A stretch of 64,000 nucleotides of DNA from Eledone cirrhosa (GCA_964016885.1 OZ024741.1:270754001-270818000); one strand, 5' to 3'. Shown: positions 41,170 through 55,134, numbered from the stretch's first letter. Notes: a model not told the origin generated them from the sequence alone. A program made the numbers and translations.

Positions 41170-41670
41170 GTGATAAAAAAATATTTCGCTGAATACAATA
41201 AATGTAATCTGAGTTTTTCGAATATTAAAATAATATTCAATTCGTTTGCAATTATCTTTTTTTTTTATTTGAATGTGGCAAAGCCGCCCATTGATCACTC
41301 ATATACAGGAAACTGACTGGCCAGTCTGCTGATATGCAAATCTAGCTCATCAGTGGATCTGCTAATATGCAGATCTGACTGATCAGCCAGTCTGCTAATA
41401 TGCAAATCAGGCCGAGCAGTCACTGTATATTTTCGAAAATAGCATATATTTTCACTAGTTCTGACACTTTGGCAGGTGAACAGTGAGCTGTACTGAAGAA
41501 GGGTGATACCCAGAAACATTAGTGCCTGCAGTTCTGTTCACAGGCCAACATAAGAACAGGAATGAGGGGCTCATTCTACTGACATGGTTTTAAAGATGAG
41601 GCAAGTTTGCATAATTGCAAACGAATCGAATATTATTATTAATATTCAAAAAACTCAGATTACATCTATA
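41170..41670 (+). mobile_element. H1 element with inverted 5' copy of its 3' end, internal repeats of about 30 bp and a hammerhead at 41485-41534
   Basis: 41203-41255 is inverted at 41611-41665; GAGCTGTA-CTGAAGA-aGGGTgatACCCa-GAAA-CAttagTG-CC-TGCAGTTC. Confidence 0.7.
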
Positions 41671-41715
41671 CATATATACATTTATACATACATATATATA
41701 TATATATATGCATAT

Positions 41716-41747
<32 letters not shown>

Positions 41748-42004
41748 TTTTACGTCCGCTTTTCCCTGCTTGCAAGGGTGGGACGGAAACTGATTCTGGC
41801 TTGGTTTCTACAGCTGGATGCCCTTGCTAACACCAACCTCATTTACAGTGAGTGCTGGGTGCTTTTTTGCAGTGGCACCTGCACGTCCACTTAGCAGTGG
41901 AATGATAGAGACCCCAGTCCCTATCATCTCATTTCTACAGCTGAGTAAACTGGAGCAATGTGAAATAAAGTGTCTTGCTCAAGGAAACAACACGTGACCC
42001 AGTC

Positions 42005-42209
42005 ACGATGATGATGATGATGATGTATCTATCTATATATATATATCGACGGGGTATTAAACAACCCATTTGTGGCGCCTCCCCCCTATTGGGGATTTCG
42101 ATTGTTGAAATTGTTTGTTTTTATATTTTTTACACGACTGTATGTAAAATCCCCGGCATGTCTTTGTATTGTCCCCTTTCTTGTTGCGCCCTTGTGGCTA
42201 ATAAAGAAA

Positions 42210-42285
<76 letters not shown>

Positions 42286-42493
42286 TAGATTTCTTTATTA
42301 GCCACAAGGGTGCAACAAGAAAGGGGACAATACAAAGACATGCCGGGGATTTTACATACAGTCGTGTAAAAAATATAAAAACAAACAATTTCAACAATCG
42401 AAATCCCCAATAGGGGGGAGGCGCTACAAATGGGTTGTTTAATACCCCGTCGATATATATATATAGATAGATACATCATCATCATCATCATCG
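42005..42493. repeat. Near-perfect inverted duplication centred on a (TA)n tract
   Basis: 42005-42211 is the reverse complement of 42288-42493, including (GAT)n and TATC flanks. Confidence 0.9.
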
Positions 42494-45460
42494 TTTAACG
42501 TCTATCTTCCACGCTAGCATGGGTTTAGACGGGATTGTCCCACTTGAAGCAAGAATGGTCGGGTGACCATGTCTCGCTCATATAGGACTGTCTGGCAGGT
42601 TTTCTACGGCTGTATGCTCTTCCTAACACCAACCACATTTACAGTGTGGACTGAGAGCTTTTTACTGTGTTACCTACACGACCACATTACAGCGTGGAAT
42701 GTGTGTTTTTTTGTCGTGACACATACATGACCTTATTTATTTTGAACTGGACGTTGTGGTACCAACATAACTTTACAGAGAAAGCGTGGTGTTGGTGGGA
42801 CTGGGAGGGTGGAGTAGGGGTAGTGGGATGGGGTGTATAATTGGTTAAGAGGTGCCTACCGTCTGTAGGTTTCGCTTTGTACATAGGCACGGCGGGTTTT
42901 CTGTATTACTGCGTGGCGCCAAAGATCTTAGAGAGGTGTAAGTGTGTAAGGTCGGAATTTATCAAATCATCCCAGGTTTTTCTGGGTCTACCTACTCCGT
43001 AACTTCCATCAATTTTGATCGCCCTGCACTTTTTTATACAGCTGTCGTCTTTCATGTGCATCACATGACCATACCAACGTAGTCTTCTCTCAAGTAAACA
43101 GCATCTGATCCCTCTTATTCCTAATTTCTGACTTAGTTCATTTATGTTTTACTGTTCGCGTATATTACTATTACACATCCAACAGAGCAAGCATGCTTCA
43201 TTACTCTCCAGTGTGTGCAGGCCCTCTGCACACAATGCTCATGTCTCACTGCCATTGTAACATTGCTGTTCGTATACAGGCATCATACAATCTTCCTTTC
43301 ATTTTTAGAGAGAAACCTTTAGTGGCCAATAGTGGTATAAGCTCTGAACTTTTTCCATCCCGTTCTGAATATGGCTACTGTACTTTCAGAACACCCTCCA
43401 CCACTGCTGATTTTGTCACCCAGGTAACGGAAAGTGTCCACTATTTGTATAGAACCATCTTGGCAATAGAAGGAGCTAGTATCCTGTGGGCACTTGCTAC
43501 TTATTGTTCCTGAGCATCGGCCCCATATAAAATCTACCTTCTTAGATAGCTTACCTGTGATCCCACTACATCTTTTATGTTTGCATTTGGGACATAAAAT
43601 GGAATTTCTGCCTACTCCTTTCCTACACACTGAGCATGGCCATTTCCCAGAAGGCACCTGTGCCCTATTTTCCTTTCTGCATAATAGAACTTTAGTCTTA
43701 GACAAGTTAACTTTAAGGCCTTTTGATTCTAGGCCATGCTTCCATGTTTGGAATTTCTTTTCTAGTTCAGTCATTGATTTAGCTAGATCATCTGCGTATA
43801 GAATTTCCCATGGGCAGCTGGTCTTGAACTCCTTTGTCATAGCCTGAAGGGCAATAATAAATAAGAGGGGGCTAAGGACAGAGCCTTGATGAACACCAAC
43901 TTTTACGCTAAATCCTTAACTATATTCATTGTTAATTCTAACCTTGCTGACTGTTTCTTTATACATGGCTTGTATAGCTCTCAGAAGCTATTCATCTACT
44001 CCTAGTATTCTAAGGGCCTACCAGATAATGGAGCGGGGGACTCTGTCAAAGGCTTTCTCCAAGTTACCAAAAACTAAGTAGAAGGGTTTAGTTTTAGCTA
44101 GGTTCTTCTGTAGTTACCATACAAGGAAAAGAGCATCTGTGGTACTTTTACCTGGCACAAACCCAAACTACATTTCATCTAGATCAATTTGCGCTCTGAT
44201 TAGTTGTGCAATAACTCTTTCTGTGACCTTCATGACCTGATCAACTAACTTAATGCTTCTATAGTTTCCCCTATCTAGAGCATCTCCTTTACCCTTGTAG
44301 CAGTTAATGATGATGCTGCTACACCAGTTCTTAGGTATGACCCCATTCTGTAATACTTGGTTTACTATCCGGGTGACCATAGTGTGTCCCACCATTCCAG
44401 ATGCTTTCAACATCTCAGCAACTATCCCCGAAGGCCCAGCTGCCTTGCCTGTCTTCATATCTTTGATTGCCTTACTTATTATACTTTAACTTGCACCATT
44501 GGTCCCTCTACTGGATCGATTTGGGGCAGACTATCTTTTTCCCATTTATTCTCCTCATTTAGTAGTCTCTCGTAGTGGCACTTCCAGGCTAACTTCTTAT
44601 CTGTATCATTACGAACACACTTCTCCCTGACAATATCACAGTTTTCTTTCACACATTGTCTAGCAATCCTGAACACCTCACGATTTTGGTCCTTGTGTTG
44701 TAGAACATGCTTGAACTTTCTTTCCTCTGCTTCCCTTCTTGCAAAGTACAATTTGCTCCTAGGTTCTCTCCTGGCCACTTGATAGTCTTCTCTACTTCCC
44801 CCATCCCGCCATACTTTCCAAGCCTGCTTTTTGGCCTTGATTGACTCCTCCACCTTACTGTTCCACCACCAAGTTACTCTCCTCCTGCCAATAGGTCTGC
44901 TCCAGCCACAGATTTCATCTGCCGCCTTCAGCAGGTTAACTTTCAGGAATTCCCACTGTTCCTCTATATTGTACGTCTCTAATTGCTTTTCCTTACTGTC
45001 AAAAGCATCAAGTAATATGCTTTTAAATTTGTTACTGGCTGTGGGCTCCTTCAACTTCCATATTCTTCTCCTCAGGGTAGTCCTCCTCTGTTGTCGAGTA
45101 CGTCTAGTCCTGACTATGAAGTCACTAACTATGAGGCTATGTTGGGAGGTGCATTCTTCACGGGGGAGGGATTTAGTGTTTACAACAGACACTCTGTCAC
45201 GTCTCCTGGTAAGGATATAATCTATCTGACTGGCGTGTTCCCCTAATCTATAGGTGATCAAGAGATTGTCTCGTTTTTTGAAGTTTGTGTTACAGATAGT
45301 TAGGTTATTTGCGTCACAGAATTCCAGGATTCTGAAGCCTTCCTCATTTCTAGTACCAAACCCATAGCCTCCATGGATTCCGTCATAGCCGTCACAATGT
45401 TGTCCAACATGACCTTTTAGGTTGCCAGCAATAATTATGAAGTCACTGTCGGTTATTTCC
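42475..45460 (-). pseudogene. RTE LINE family A, 5'-truncated (APE part, RT, 3' UTR)
   Basis: ORFs 44479-45462, 44168-44458, 43319-43840. Confidence 0.88.
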
Positions 45461-46264
45461 ATACAGTTTATCTTCCTCGTGTATTTTTAAAAATATTTTC
45501 TCATATTTTTTCTCATACATGTCTCCTCTCTCATTTTGCATATATGTATGTACTTACTGTTTTGATTCATGTGATAGAAGAAGATATTAACTAATTATTT
45601 GCCTAATTACTTACTATGTTTCATACTGTAATTCACTGTTCTGCAGGACGGGGCTGTCGTTCAATGTGTGGATAATGTATCTGTAATATTGATCCCTTTC
45701 AAAACTTCTTACTATAATTTAAACATCTCCCTAGTTATTAGCTATTATATATATATATTTTAATTTATTTTTTTATTTACTTCAATCGAGATTTTAACTT
45801 GTTATTTTTTTAATTTTTATTTCTCAATCAAAATTTCCACTGTGAAACCATAATATCTAGAATTAAGTTAGATTCTCTTAGCGGCTGATGGCCAATTCTA
45901 TTGTCCAAGCATAATGTAGGGGTAGTAGTAAGGCCTATTGAGAGTCATTCTCTGCCACTACCACTGGGTTTCGGTCAACTGCAACTGCCAGGACAGCTAG
46001 CAGCAAACTATCGCCGTCTCATATTGCAGACCTGGATGGGGGTGATTGTTTCGTTGGGGTATGGGGAGACCTGCCTAGGCGAGTTTTGTAGAGTTTTGGG
46101 GTAGTGGATGGTCAACTTCCTCCGGACTTGTGCCTGTGCAAACCAGTGGGGGTGAATTGTGACTCGCAAGGGAACGGATGAAGGACTCCAGAACACCTGC
46201 TGTGTCCGTTCCCTTTTCGATTCAATTTAGATTACCTCAGGAACATAACCTTATTATGTAAGAA

Positions 46265-46339
46265 GCTGTGTGATGATGTCATGGCACTGGGCACACGGAA
46301 GCGTGTGGCCACTATCGTCATTGAAATATGTATCACAGC
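46265..46339 (+). ncRNA. Degenerate hammerhead-like motif
   Basis: GCTGTG-TGATGA...GAAA-TATG-TA-TCACAGC; C3 is missing. Confidence 0.4.
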
Positions 46340-46469
46340 ATTATCATTAAAGGACTTTAACATCTGAAACTACTTTGCATTTTCTTATTCTAAATATACT
46401 CCGTCACTCCTATGTGGAAAAAGTACGTTGAGTGCTCGAATCGAATAGCAACAAAGTTAACCTTAAGAG

Positions 46470-46527
<58 letters not shown>

Positions 46528-46557
46528 GTATATATGTATATATATGTATATATATAT

Positions 46558-49500
46558 ATGTAGGCACCTTAAAAGGTCACTCTAACAAGGTTGTAGAAAT
46601 GCTTGAACGTCGTAAGAAGGTTGATGTTTGCTGTATCCAAGAGACCAGGTGGAAAGGTGGGTCTGCTAGATTCATTGTGGGTAAAAATACGTTGCTATAA
46701 GCTTTTCTGGGTGGGAAATGAAAATGGGCTGGGTAGGGTAGGAATCATGTTAGCAGAAAAATGGGTAGATAAGATAATAGACATAAATAGAGTGAACGGC
46801 AGAATAATTAAAATAATGTCCTAAATAGAACTACTGTGACAGTAATATCTGCGTATGCACCCCAATCCAGACTGCCTGGCGTTATAAAAGAGAGATTCTA
46901 TGAGACATTGATGCTCACTACCTCCCAAATAACCGACAGTGACTACATAATTATTGCTGGCGACCTAAATGGTCACATTGGACAACATTGTGACGGCTAT
47001 GACGGAATCCATGGAGGCTATGGGTTTGGTACTAGAAATGAGGAAGGCTCCAGAATCCTGGAATTCTGTGACGCAAATAACCTAACTATCTGTAACACTA
47101 ACTTCAAAAAACGAGACAATCACTTGATCACCTATAGATCAGAGGAATACGCCAGTCAGATATATTATATCCTTACCAGAAGACGTGATAGAGTGTCCGT
47201 TGTAAACACTAAAACCCTCCCCCATGAAGAATGCACCTCCCAACATAGACTCATAGTCAGCGACCTCATAGTCAGGACAAGACGCACTCGACAACAGAGG
47301 AGGACTACCCTCAGGAGAAAAATATGAAAGTTAAAGGACCCCACAGCCAGTAATAAATTTAAAAGCATATTACTTGATGCTTTCGATAGTAAGGAAGAGC
47401 ATATAGAGGAACAGTGTGAATTCCTGAAAGTTAACCTGCTGAAGGAGACAGATGAAGTCTGTGGCTGGAGCAGGCCTATAGGCAGGAGGAGAGTAACGTG
47501 GTGGTGGCACAGTAAGGTGGAGGAGTCAATTAAGGCCAAAAAGCAGGCTTGGAAAGTATGGCGGGATGGGGGAAGTAGAGAAGACTATCAAGTGGCCAGG
47601 AGGGAAGCTAGGAGACAAGTGTACTTCGCGAGAAGGGAAGCAGAGGAAAGAAAGTTCAAGCATGTTCTACAACGCGAGGACCAAAAACGTGAGGTGTTCA
47701 GGATTGCTAGGCAATGTGTCAAGGAAAACCGTGATATTTTCGGGGAGAAGTGTGTTTTTAATGATGATGGTGTACTCGCCATCACTGACGCTGATAAGAA
47801 GGTAGCTTGGAAGTGTCACTATGAAAGGCTACTAAATAAGGAGGATAAATGGGAGAAAGACAGTCTCCCCCACATCGATCCAATAGAGGGACCAGCAGTG
47901 CTAGTTGAAGGTAGTATAATAAGTAAGGCAATCAAAGATATGAAGACGGGTAAGGCGGCTGGGCCTTCGGAAATAGTTGCTGAAAGGCTGAAAGCATCTG
48001 GAATGGTGGGACACACTATGGTCACTCGGATAGTAAACCAAGTCATACAGAATGGACTGGATAGTAAACCAAGTTATACAAAGGACTGGCATAGCAGCAG
48101 CATCATTAACTGCTACAAGGGTAAAGGAGATGCTCTAGATAGGGGTAACTATAGAAATGCAGTTCGGGTTTGTGTCAGGTAAAAGTACCACAGACGCTTT
48201 TTTCATTGTATGACAACTACAAGAGAAGTACCTAGCTAAAAGTAAACCTCTATACTTAGCTTTTGTTGACTTGGAGAAAGCCTTTGACAGAGTCCCACGC
48301 TCCATTATCTGGTGGGCGCTTAGAAAACTAGGTGTTGATGAATGGCTTGTGAGAGCTATACAAGCCATGTATAAAGAAACAGTCAGCAAGGTTAGAATTA
48401 ATAACGAATATAGTGAAGAGTTTAGCGTAAAAGTTGGTGTTCATCAGGGCTCCGTTCTTAGCCCCCTACTATTTATTATGGCCCTGCAGGCTATAACAGA
48501 GGAGTTCAAGACTGGCTGCCCATGGGAACTCCTATACGCAGATGATCTACCGCTCATAGCTGAATCAATAGCTGAACTAGAGAGGAAAATCCAAACATAG
48601 AAGCATGGCCTAGAATCAAAAGGCCTTTAAGTTAACTTGTCTAAGACTAAAGTTCTAGTTTGTAGGAAGGAAAATAGGGCACCGGTCCCATCTGGGAAAT
48701 GGCCATGCTCAGTGTGTAGGAAAGGAATAGGCAGAAACTCCATTTTATGTCCCAAATGCAATGTATGGGTGCATAAAAGATGTAGTGGGATCACAGGTAA
48801 GCTAACTAAGAATATAGATTTTATATGTGGCCGGTGCTCCGGTGCAATAAGTAGCAGCAAGTGCCCACAGAATACTAGCTCATTCCATTGCACAGATGGT
48901 TCTATAGAAATAGTGTACACCTTCCGTTACCTGGGTGACAAAATCAGCAGTGGAGGAGGGTGCTCTGAAAGTACAGTAGCTAGAGTCAGAACGGGATGGA
49001 AAAAGTTCAGAGTGCTTATACCACTATTGGCCGCTAAAGGGTTCTCTCTAAAAATGAAAGGCAGGCTGTATGATGCCTGCATACAAACAGCAATGTTACA
49101 TGGCAGTGAGACCTGGGTATTGTGTGCAGAGGATATATGCAGACTGGAGAGAAACGAAGCTTGCATGCTCCGCTGGATGTGTAATATACGTGAATGGCAA
49201 AGCATAAACAAACTAAGGGAGAAATTAGGAATAAGAGGGATCAAATGTTGTTTACTCGAGAGAAGGCTACGTTAGTACGGTCACGTGATGCGCATGAAAG
49301 ATGACTGCTGTATAAAAAAGTGCAGAGCGATAAAAATAGACGGTAGCCACGGAGTAGGCAGACCTAGAAAAACCTAGGACAACTTGATAAATTCCGACCT
49401 CACACACTTACACCTCTCCAAGACAATGTCACTGGACCGAGATCTTTGGCGCTACACAGTAATACAGAAGACCTGCCTTGCCTAAGTACAAAGTGAAACC

Positions 49501-49837
49501 TACAGTCAGTAGGCACCTCTAACAAAATACCCCCCCCCCCTTAAATGTGAAGTATGTTGGTACCACAACATCCAGTCCAAAACAAATGAGGTCGTGTAGG
49601 TGTCACGACAAAAAAACATACAGTCCACGCTGTAATGTGGCCATGTAGGTAACACGGTAAAAACCTCCCAGTCCACACTGTAAATGTGGTTGGTGTTAGG
49701 AAGGGCATCCAGCCGTAGAAAACCCGCCAGACAGTCCTATACGAGCAGGACAATTGCCTCAAGTGGGAAAACTCCCGTCCAAACCCATGCAAGCGTGGAA
49801 GATGGACGTTAAACGATGATGATGATGATGACGATGA
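46558..49837 (+). pseudogene. RTE LINE family A, near-complete coding region, disrupted
   Basis: APE 46560-47330, RT 47900-49000, C-terminus, 3' UTR and (GAT)n. Confidence 0.9.
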
Positions 49838-49863
49838 TATATATATATATATATACATATATA

Positions 49864-49894
<31 letters not shown>

Positions 49895-50024
49895 TGATAT
49901 AACTGTTGATATAAATTCGTATGTATACCCAATTTTTCATTCTCATTTTCCACCCACCAGCCGCACCTCCACCACGTTCAGTATACATGCCTGACGGTGT
50001 ATATGTATATACATATATATATAT

Positions 50025-50062
<38 letters not shown>

Positions 50063-50069
50063 TCATCAT

Positions 50070-52090
50070 CATCATCATCATCGTTTAACGTCCGTGTTCC
50101 ATGCTTGCATGGGTTTGGAAGGGAGTTTTCCCACTTGAGGCAAGAGTGGTTGTCTTGCTCGCATAGGACTGTCTGGCGGGTTTTCTACAGTTGGATGCCC
50201 TTCCTAACACCAACCACATTTACAGTGTGATGTTGGGAGGTTTTTACCGTGTTGCCTACACGGCCACATTACAGCGTGGACTGTCTGGCAGGTTTTCTAC
50301 AGCTGGATGCCCTTCCTAACACCAACCACATTTACAGTGTGGGACTGGGACGTTTTTACCGTGTTGCCTACACGGTCACATTACAGCGTGGACTGTGTGT
50401 TTTTTTTTTCGTGACACCTACACGATCTCATTTGTTTCGGCCTGGATTTTGTGGCACCAACATCTGATCCCTCTTATTTCTAATTCTTTCCTTAGTTCGT
50501 TTATGCTTTGCCGTTCGCGTATATTACTATTACACATCCAGCGGAGCATGCAAGCTTCGTTCCTCTCTAGTCTGCGTATATCCTCTGCACACAATGCCCA
50601 GGTCTCACTGCCATGCAACATTGCTGTTCGTATGCAGGCATCATACAACCTGCCTTTCACTTTTAGGGAGAACCCTTTAGCGGCTAATAGTGGTATAAGC
50701 TCTCTGAACTTTTTCCACCCAGTTCTGACTCTAGCTACTGTACTTTCAGAGCACCCTCCCCCACTGCTGATTTTGTCACCCAGGTAACGGAAGCTGTCCA
50801 CTATTTCTATAGAACCCTCTGCGCAGTTGAAAGAGCTAGTATTTTGTGGGCACTTGCTGCTACTTATTGCACCAGAGCACCGGCCACATGTAAAATCTGT
50901 GTTCTTAGTTAGCTTACTTGTGATCCCACTACATCTTTTATGCACCCATACTTTGCATTTGGGACATAAAATGGAGTTTCTACCTACGCCTTTCCTACAC
51001 ACTGTGCATGGCCATTTCCCGGAAGGGACCGGCGCCTTATTTTCTTTCCTACAAACCAGAACTTTAGTCTTAGCCATGTTAATTTTAAGGCCTTTTGATT
51101 CTAGGCCGTGCTTCCATGTTTGGAATTTCTTCTCTAGCTCGGCCATTGATTCAGCTATGAGCGTTAGGTCATCTGCGTATAGGAGTTCCCATGGGCAGCC
51201 GGTCTTGAACTCCTCTGTTATAGCCTGAAGAGCAATAATGAATAGTAGGGGGCTAAGAACAGAGCCCTGATGGACACCAACTTTTACGCTAAACTCTTCA
51301 CTATATTCGTTGTTAATTCTAACCTTGCTGACTGTTTCTTTATACATGGCTTGTATAGCTCTCACAAGCCATTCGTCAACACCTAGTTTTCTAAGAGCCC
51401 ACCAGATAATGGAACGGGGGACTCTGTCGAAGGCTTTCTCCAAGTCGACAAAGGCTAAGTATAGGGGTTTACTTTTAGCTAGGTACTTCTCCTGTAGTTG
51501 TCGTACAATGAAAAGAGCGTCTGTGGTACTTTTGCCTGACACATTTCTGCATTTCATCTAGATCGATTCTCTCTCTGATTAGTTGCACTATTACTTTTTC
51601 CGTGACCTTCATGACCTGGTCGATTAATTTAATCCCTCTATAGTTACTCCTATCTAGGGCGTCTCCTTTACCCTTGTAACAGTTAATGATGATGCTGCTA
51701 CGCCAGTCCTTCGGAACAACCCCATTCTGTATGACTTGGTTTACTATCCGGGTGACCATGGTGTGTCCCACCGTTTCAGAGGCCGTCAGCATCTCAGCGA
51801 CTATTTCCGAAGGCCCAGCCGCCTTACCCGTCTTCATATCTTTGATCGCCTTACTTATTATACTACCTTCAACTAACACTGCTGGTCCCTCTATTGGATC
51901 GATCTGGGGGAGACTATCCTTCTCCCATTTATTCTCCTCATTTAGTAGCCTCTCGTAGTGACACTTCTAAGCGACCTTCTTATCAGCGTCAGTGATGGCG
52001 AGTACGCCATCATCATTTAGTACACACTTCTCCCCAACAATATCACGGTTTTCCTTGACACATTGCCTAGCAATCCTGAACACCTCACGT
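50070..52090 (-). pseudogene. RTE LINE family A fragment with internal deletion
   Basis: ORF 50418-51557 has RT (FVDLEKAFD, GVHQGSVLSP, LYADD) and PHD-like insert. Confidence 0.88.
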
Positions 52091-52121
52091 TATATATATA
52101 TACACATATATACATATATAC

Positions 52122-52161
<40 letters not shown>

Positions 52162-52204
52162 AAATCTCACACACAAACATATACGAATCTTATGCAAACC
52201 GAAA

Positions 52205-52622
52205 AGTTTGAGACATGGGCAGCAACTGCAGAGGATATGCGACGGCTGGAGCGTAATGAAACAAGCATGCTCTGTTGGATGTGCAATGTCAATGTGCGTG
52301 AATAGATGAGTTGAGAAAGAAACTGGGTATAAGAGGGATAAGTTGTGGTGTGCAGGAGAGAAGACTGAGATGGTATGGACATTTGATGCGCATGGAGGAT
52401 GACCGCTAGGTAAAGAAGTGCCAAGAAATGCCAGTAGAAGGAAGACGCAGTAGAGGTAGACCACGAAAAACACGGGTGGAGGTGGTGAGAGCAGACCTCA
52501 GATCGCTGAAACTCACGAAGGAGATGACGAAGGACCGTGACAAGTGGAGAGATGCTGTGCTGAATAGGACCCGTCCGACACTTGCAAGCAGGGAAAAGTG
52601 GACATAAAATGATGATGATGAT
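52205..52622 (+). pseudogene. RTE family B 3' fragment
   Basis: Reverse complement homologue of 3625-4060. Confidence 0.75.
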
Positions 52623-52624
52623 AT

Positions 52625-53080
52625 ATATACCTTGATTTCAGCAAGGCTTTGACAAGGTTGATCATAAAATTATATTGCAAAACTATCCAATATTGGTGTT
52701 TCTGGAAAGTTACTACAGTGGATCAAGTGTTTCCTGACAGACAGAACCCAACATGTTGTAGTCGAAGGAGTAAAATCAAGCCCAGCCAAACTTAGCAGTG
52801 GCATCCCACATGGCACTGTGTTGGGCCCACTTCTTTTCATCATCTACATTAATGACATTACTGACATCATCAAGCACAGCAACATAAGAATCTTCCAAGC
52901 AGATGATTCCAAGCTCCAGAGGGTGACCGGACTTGCCTTCAGTCAGACCTACTGGCTGTTATCCAATGAGTGGAAAAGAACAATATGCTGCTGAATGAGG
53001 ATAAGTTCGAGTTAACCCACTTTGGTAAAAAGGATGCCCTGAAACTCCCATACTCTCTTCCTTCAGGTGAAAACTCTCGT
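52625..53080 (+). pseudogene. CR1/L2-type RT fragment
   Basis: YLDFSKA.DKVDH, FLTDRTQHV, GIPHGTVLGPLLFIIYIND, ADDSKL. Confidence 0.75.
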
Positions 53081-53724
53081 TACATCCAAATAGCTACCAG
53101 ATTCACAAACTTCAAACAACCATGATTTGAACCAGTAATCCCAAAATTAAAACTGAACCTCCTAGATTTTAGCATATAGAATACACACCATCGCACTGCT
53201 ATTAGCTGTTAAACAGCCAACTGGTCACTGGATCATAAATCTCTGAACATCTCTTACACCCTCTCTCCCTGAAACAGCATCAACCCCATTAAGATAGAAC
53301 AATCAGAAGAAAAACATTTACAACAAACGTTTGTCAAACGTCCCTTCACTCCTAGCCTGTAAATCTCATACATGTATCCTCCAATTAATCTCTAATTTAT
53401 TGCTTTTTCTTCTTTCTTATATCTCAAATCTGGTTTTTCATGTTAGCACTAAACCCACCAAAGAATCCTTATAAGAACACTTACTCACCACTACTACAAA
53501 CATATTCTGTACTTACATGCTCTCACTTATCCTTATTTATTTCTTTATATTTTCCATTTTCTTACTTTTTTAATGCACCCTATCTTATCTTTTACTTTTT
53601 ACTTTTTACATCTGTAACCTCTCTACCTATTTACCATATATGCTTTATTATTGATGTTATTGTTTTGATTATACGCTATTCTTCTATATATGCCTTGCCT
53701 CGAATGAATTATTTTTATATCTAC

Positions 53725-53835
53725 GTACTCTGATGTGTTGACCAGAGGTAAATAATGTATTGGAGATCGAGTGACGCAACTTCAAGTGATGAGCGACCTC
53801 TAGACTCACCTGATCAACGAAACAATTGTCAGTAC
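53725..53835 (+). ncRNA. Hammerhead variant (CUGAUGU core, long stem II), family H3
   Basis: GTACT-CTGATGT-GTTGACCAG...CTGATCAAC-GAAA-CAATTG-TC-AGTAC. Confidence 0.6.
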
Positions 53836-53885
53836 TTGAAATAAAGCCTCTTATTGTACAGCCAACCATGTTACTCTTCATTCTT

Positions 53886-53926
<41 letters not shown>

Positions 53927-53969
53927 GGATATATATATATATATAAATGGATATATATATATATCCATA

Positions 53970-54100
53970 TGTAGTTGACAGCTAAGAGAAAGTAGTGCTC
54001 AATACTGAAGTAGAGTTTAGATATTTTATTGCAGCTAAATATGAGTCTTGTTACTATGGAGTTTCATCTATCATCATATATAGATATCATCATGTTGGAT
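53970..54100 (-). mobile_element. pLTR-like fragment with degenerate hammerhead
   Basis: Minus strand reads aTGATGA-tATCTAT...ATAGAT-GAAA-CTccatAG-TA; GTGCTCAATAC..AGTAGAGT terminal motif on plus. Confidence 0.45.
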
Positions 54101-54314
54101 TTGTGGAGATGCAAATTTAAAAAATATATTTTTTGCTAACTCATTCCAGGATGTTAAAAGTTAACTCTGTCTATGGTTCTTAGATAAAAATTATTTGTTT
54201 TAAAATTTATAATTATTTAAGAACCTCCCATCGTAATTTTATGTAAGAACCTTTAAGTTATGCTCCAAACATCACCTTAATAATGAGAAAGTTATATTAC
54301 TAAATCCGTCAACC

Positions 54315-54680
54315 TTTGAATTGACAAACCCTGTTTTTTTAATATTTTGTGGTAAATTATTGCAGAATGTTAAAATTTAACTCTGTCCCCTATTATAAAC
54401 ATTTGAATTAACAAACCCCCTTTTTATATTTTGTGGTACATATGTTAAGTGTTAACTCTGTCCACTAGTAAAGATACTATAAACATTTGAATTAATGAAT
54501 TAAAAAAAACCCTTTTTATATTTTGTGGTATATATGTTATGTGTTAACTCTGTCCACTAGTAAAGATACTATAAACATAGTAATTAACAAACCCCCTTTT
54601 TATATTTTGTGGTATATATTTTAAGTGTTAACTGTCCAATAGTAAAGATATTATAAACATCGGAATTAAGAAACTCTTTA
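54315..54680. repeat. Tandem repeat with unit of about 80-90 bp
   Basis: Recurrent TTAACTCTGTCCACTAGTAAAGATACTATAAACAT...TATTTTGTGGTA. Confidence 0.75.
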
Positions 54681-55134
54681 AAAAAAACATTTTGAAGTAA
54701 ATCATTACAGGGTGTTAAGAGTTAAACACAGTAAATAAAATATCTTTATAATCCTCTATATAATATTCTAGAAGATTCAGATCATATAGGAATCAACTAA
54801 AATAGTCACAAGGTAAATTCTAGGAAGGAACTGAAATGAATATATACTAATTTATAATGCTAAAAAGCACCCGAGGGATCCACATAATTATATAGTAATT
54901 GAACTCAATAAGATATTTTAGAAAATAAATCTAAAATCTAAGTATGCAAGATTTGTAGAAGTAATACTGATAGAGGTAATTATATAACACCATTTTGATG
55001 CACTGAGAAATAAAAATTGTAAAATAAAAGGAGGTTTCAGATACTGTTCAGGTTCTGAAGTTTAAGATGAATATTGAGGATTCTGATAATTATAATAATT
55101 GTTTCTACTCTCAGGTCCCAAATAAAAGGAGAGG

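Noticed and set aside
45880-46250. GC-richer segment with a short match to a SINE tail
   Set aside because: No ORF homology or element boundaries could be established by eye
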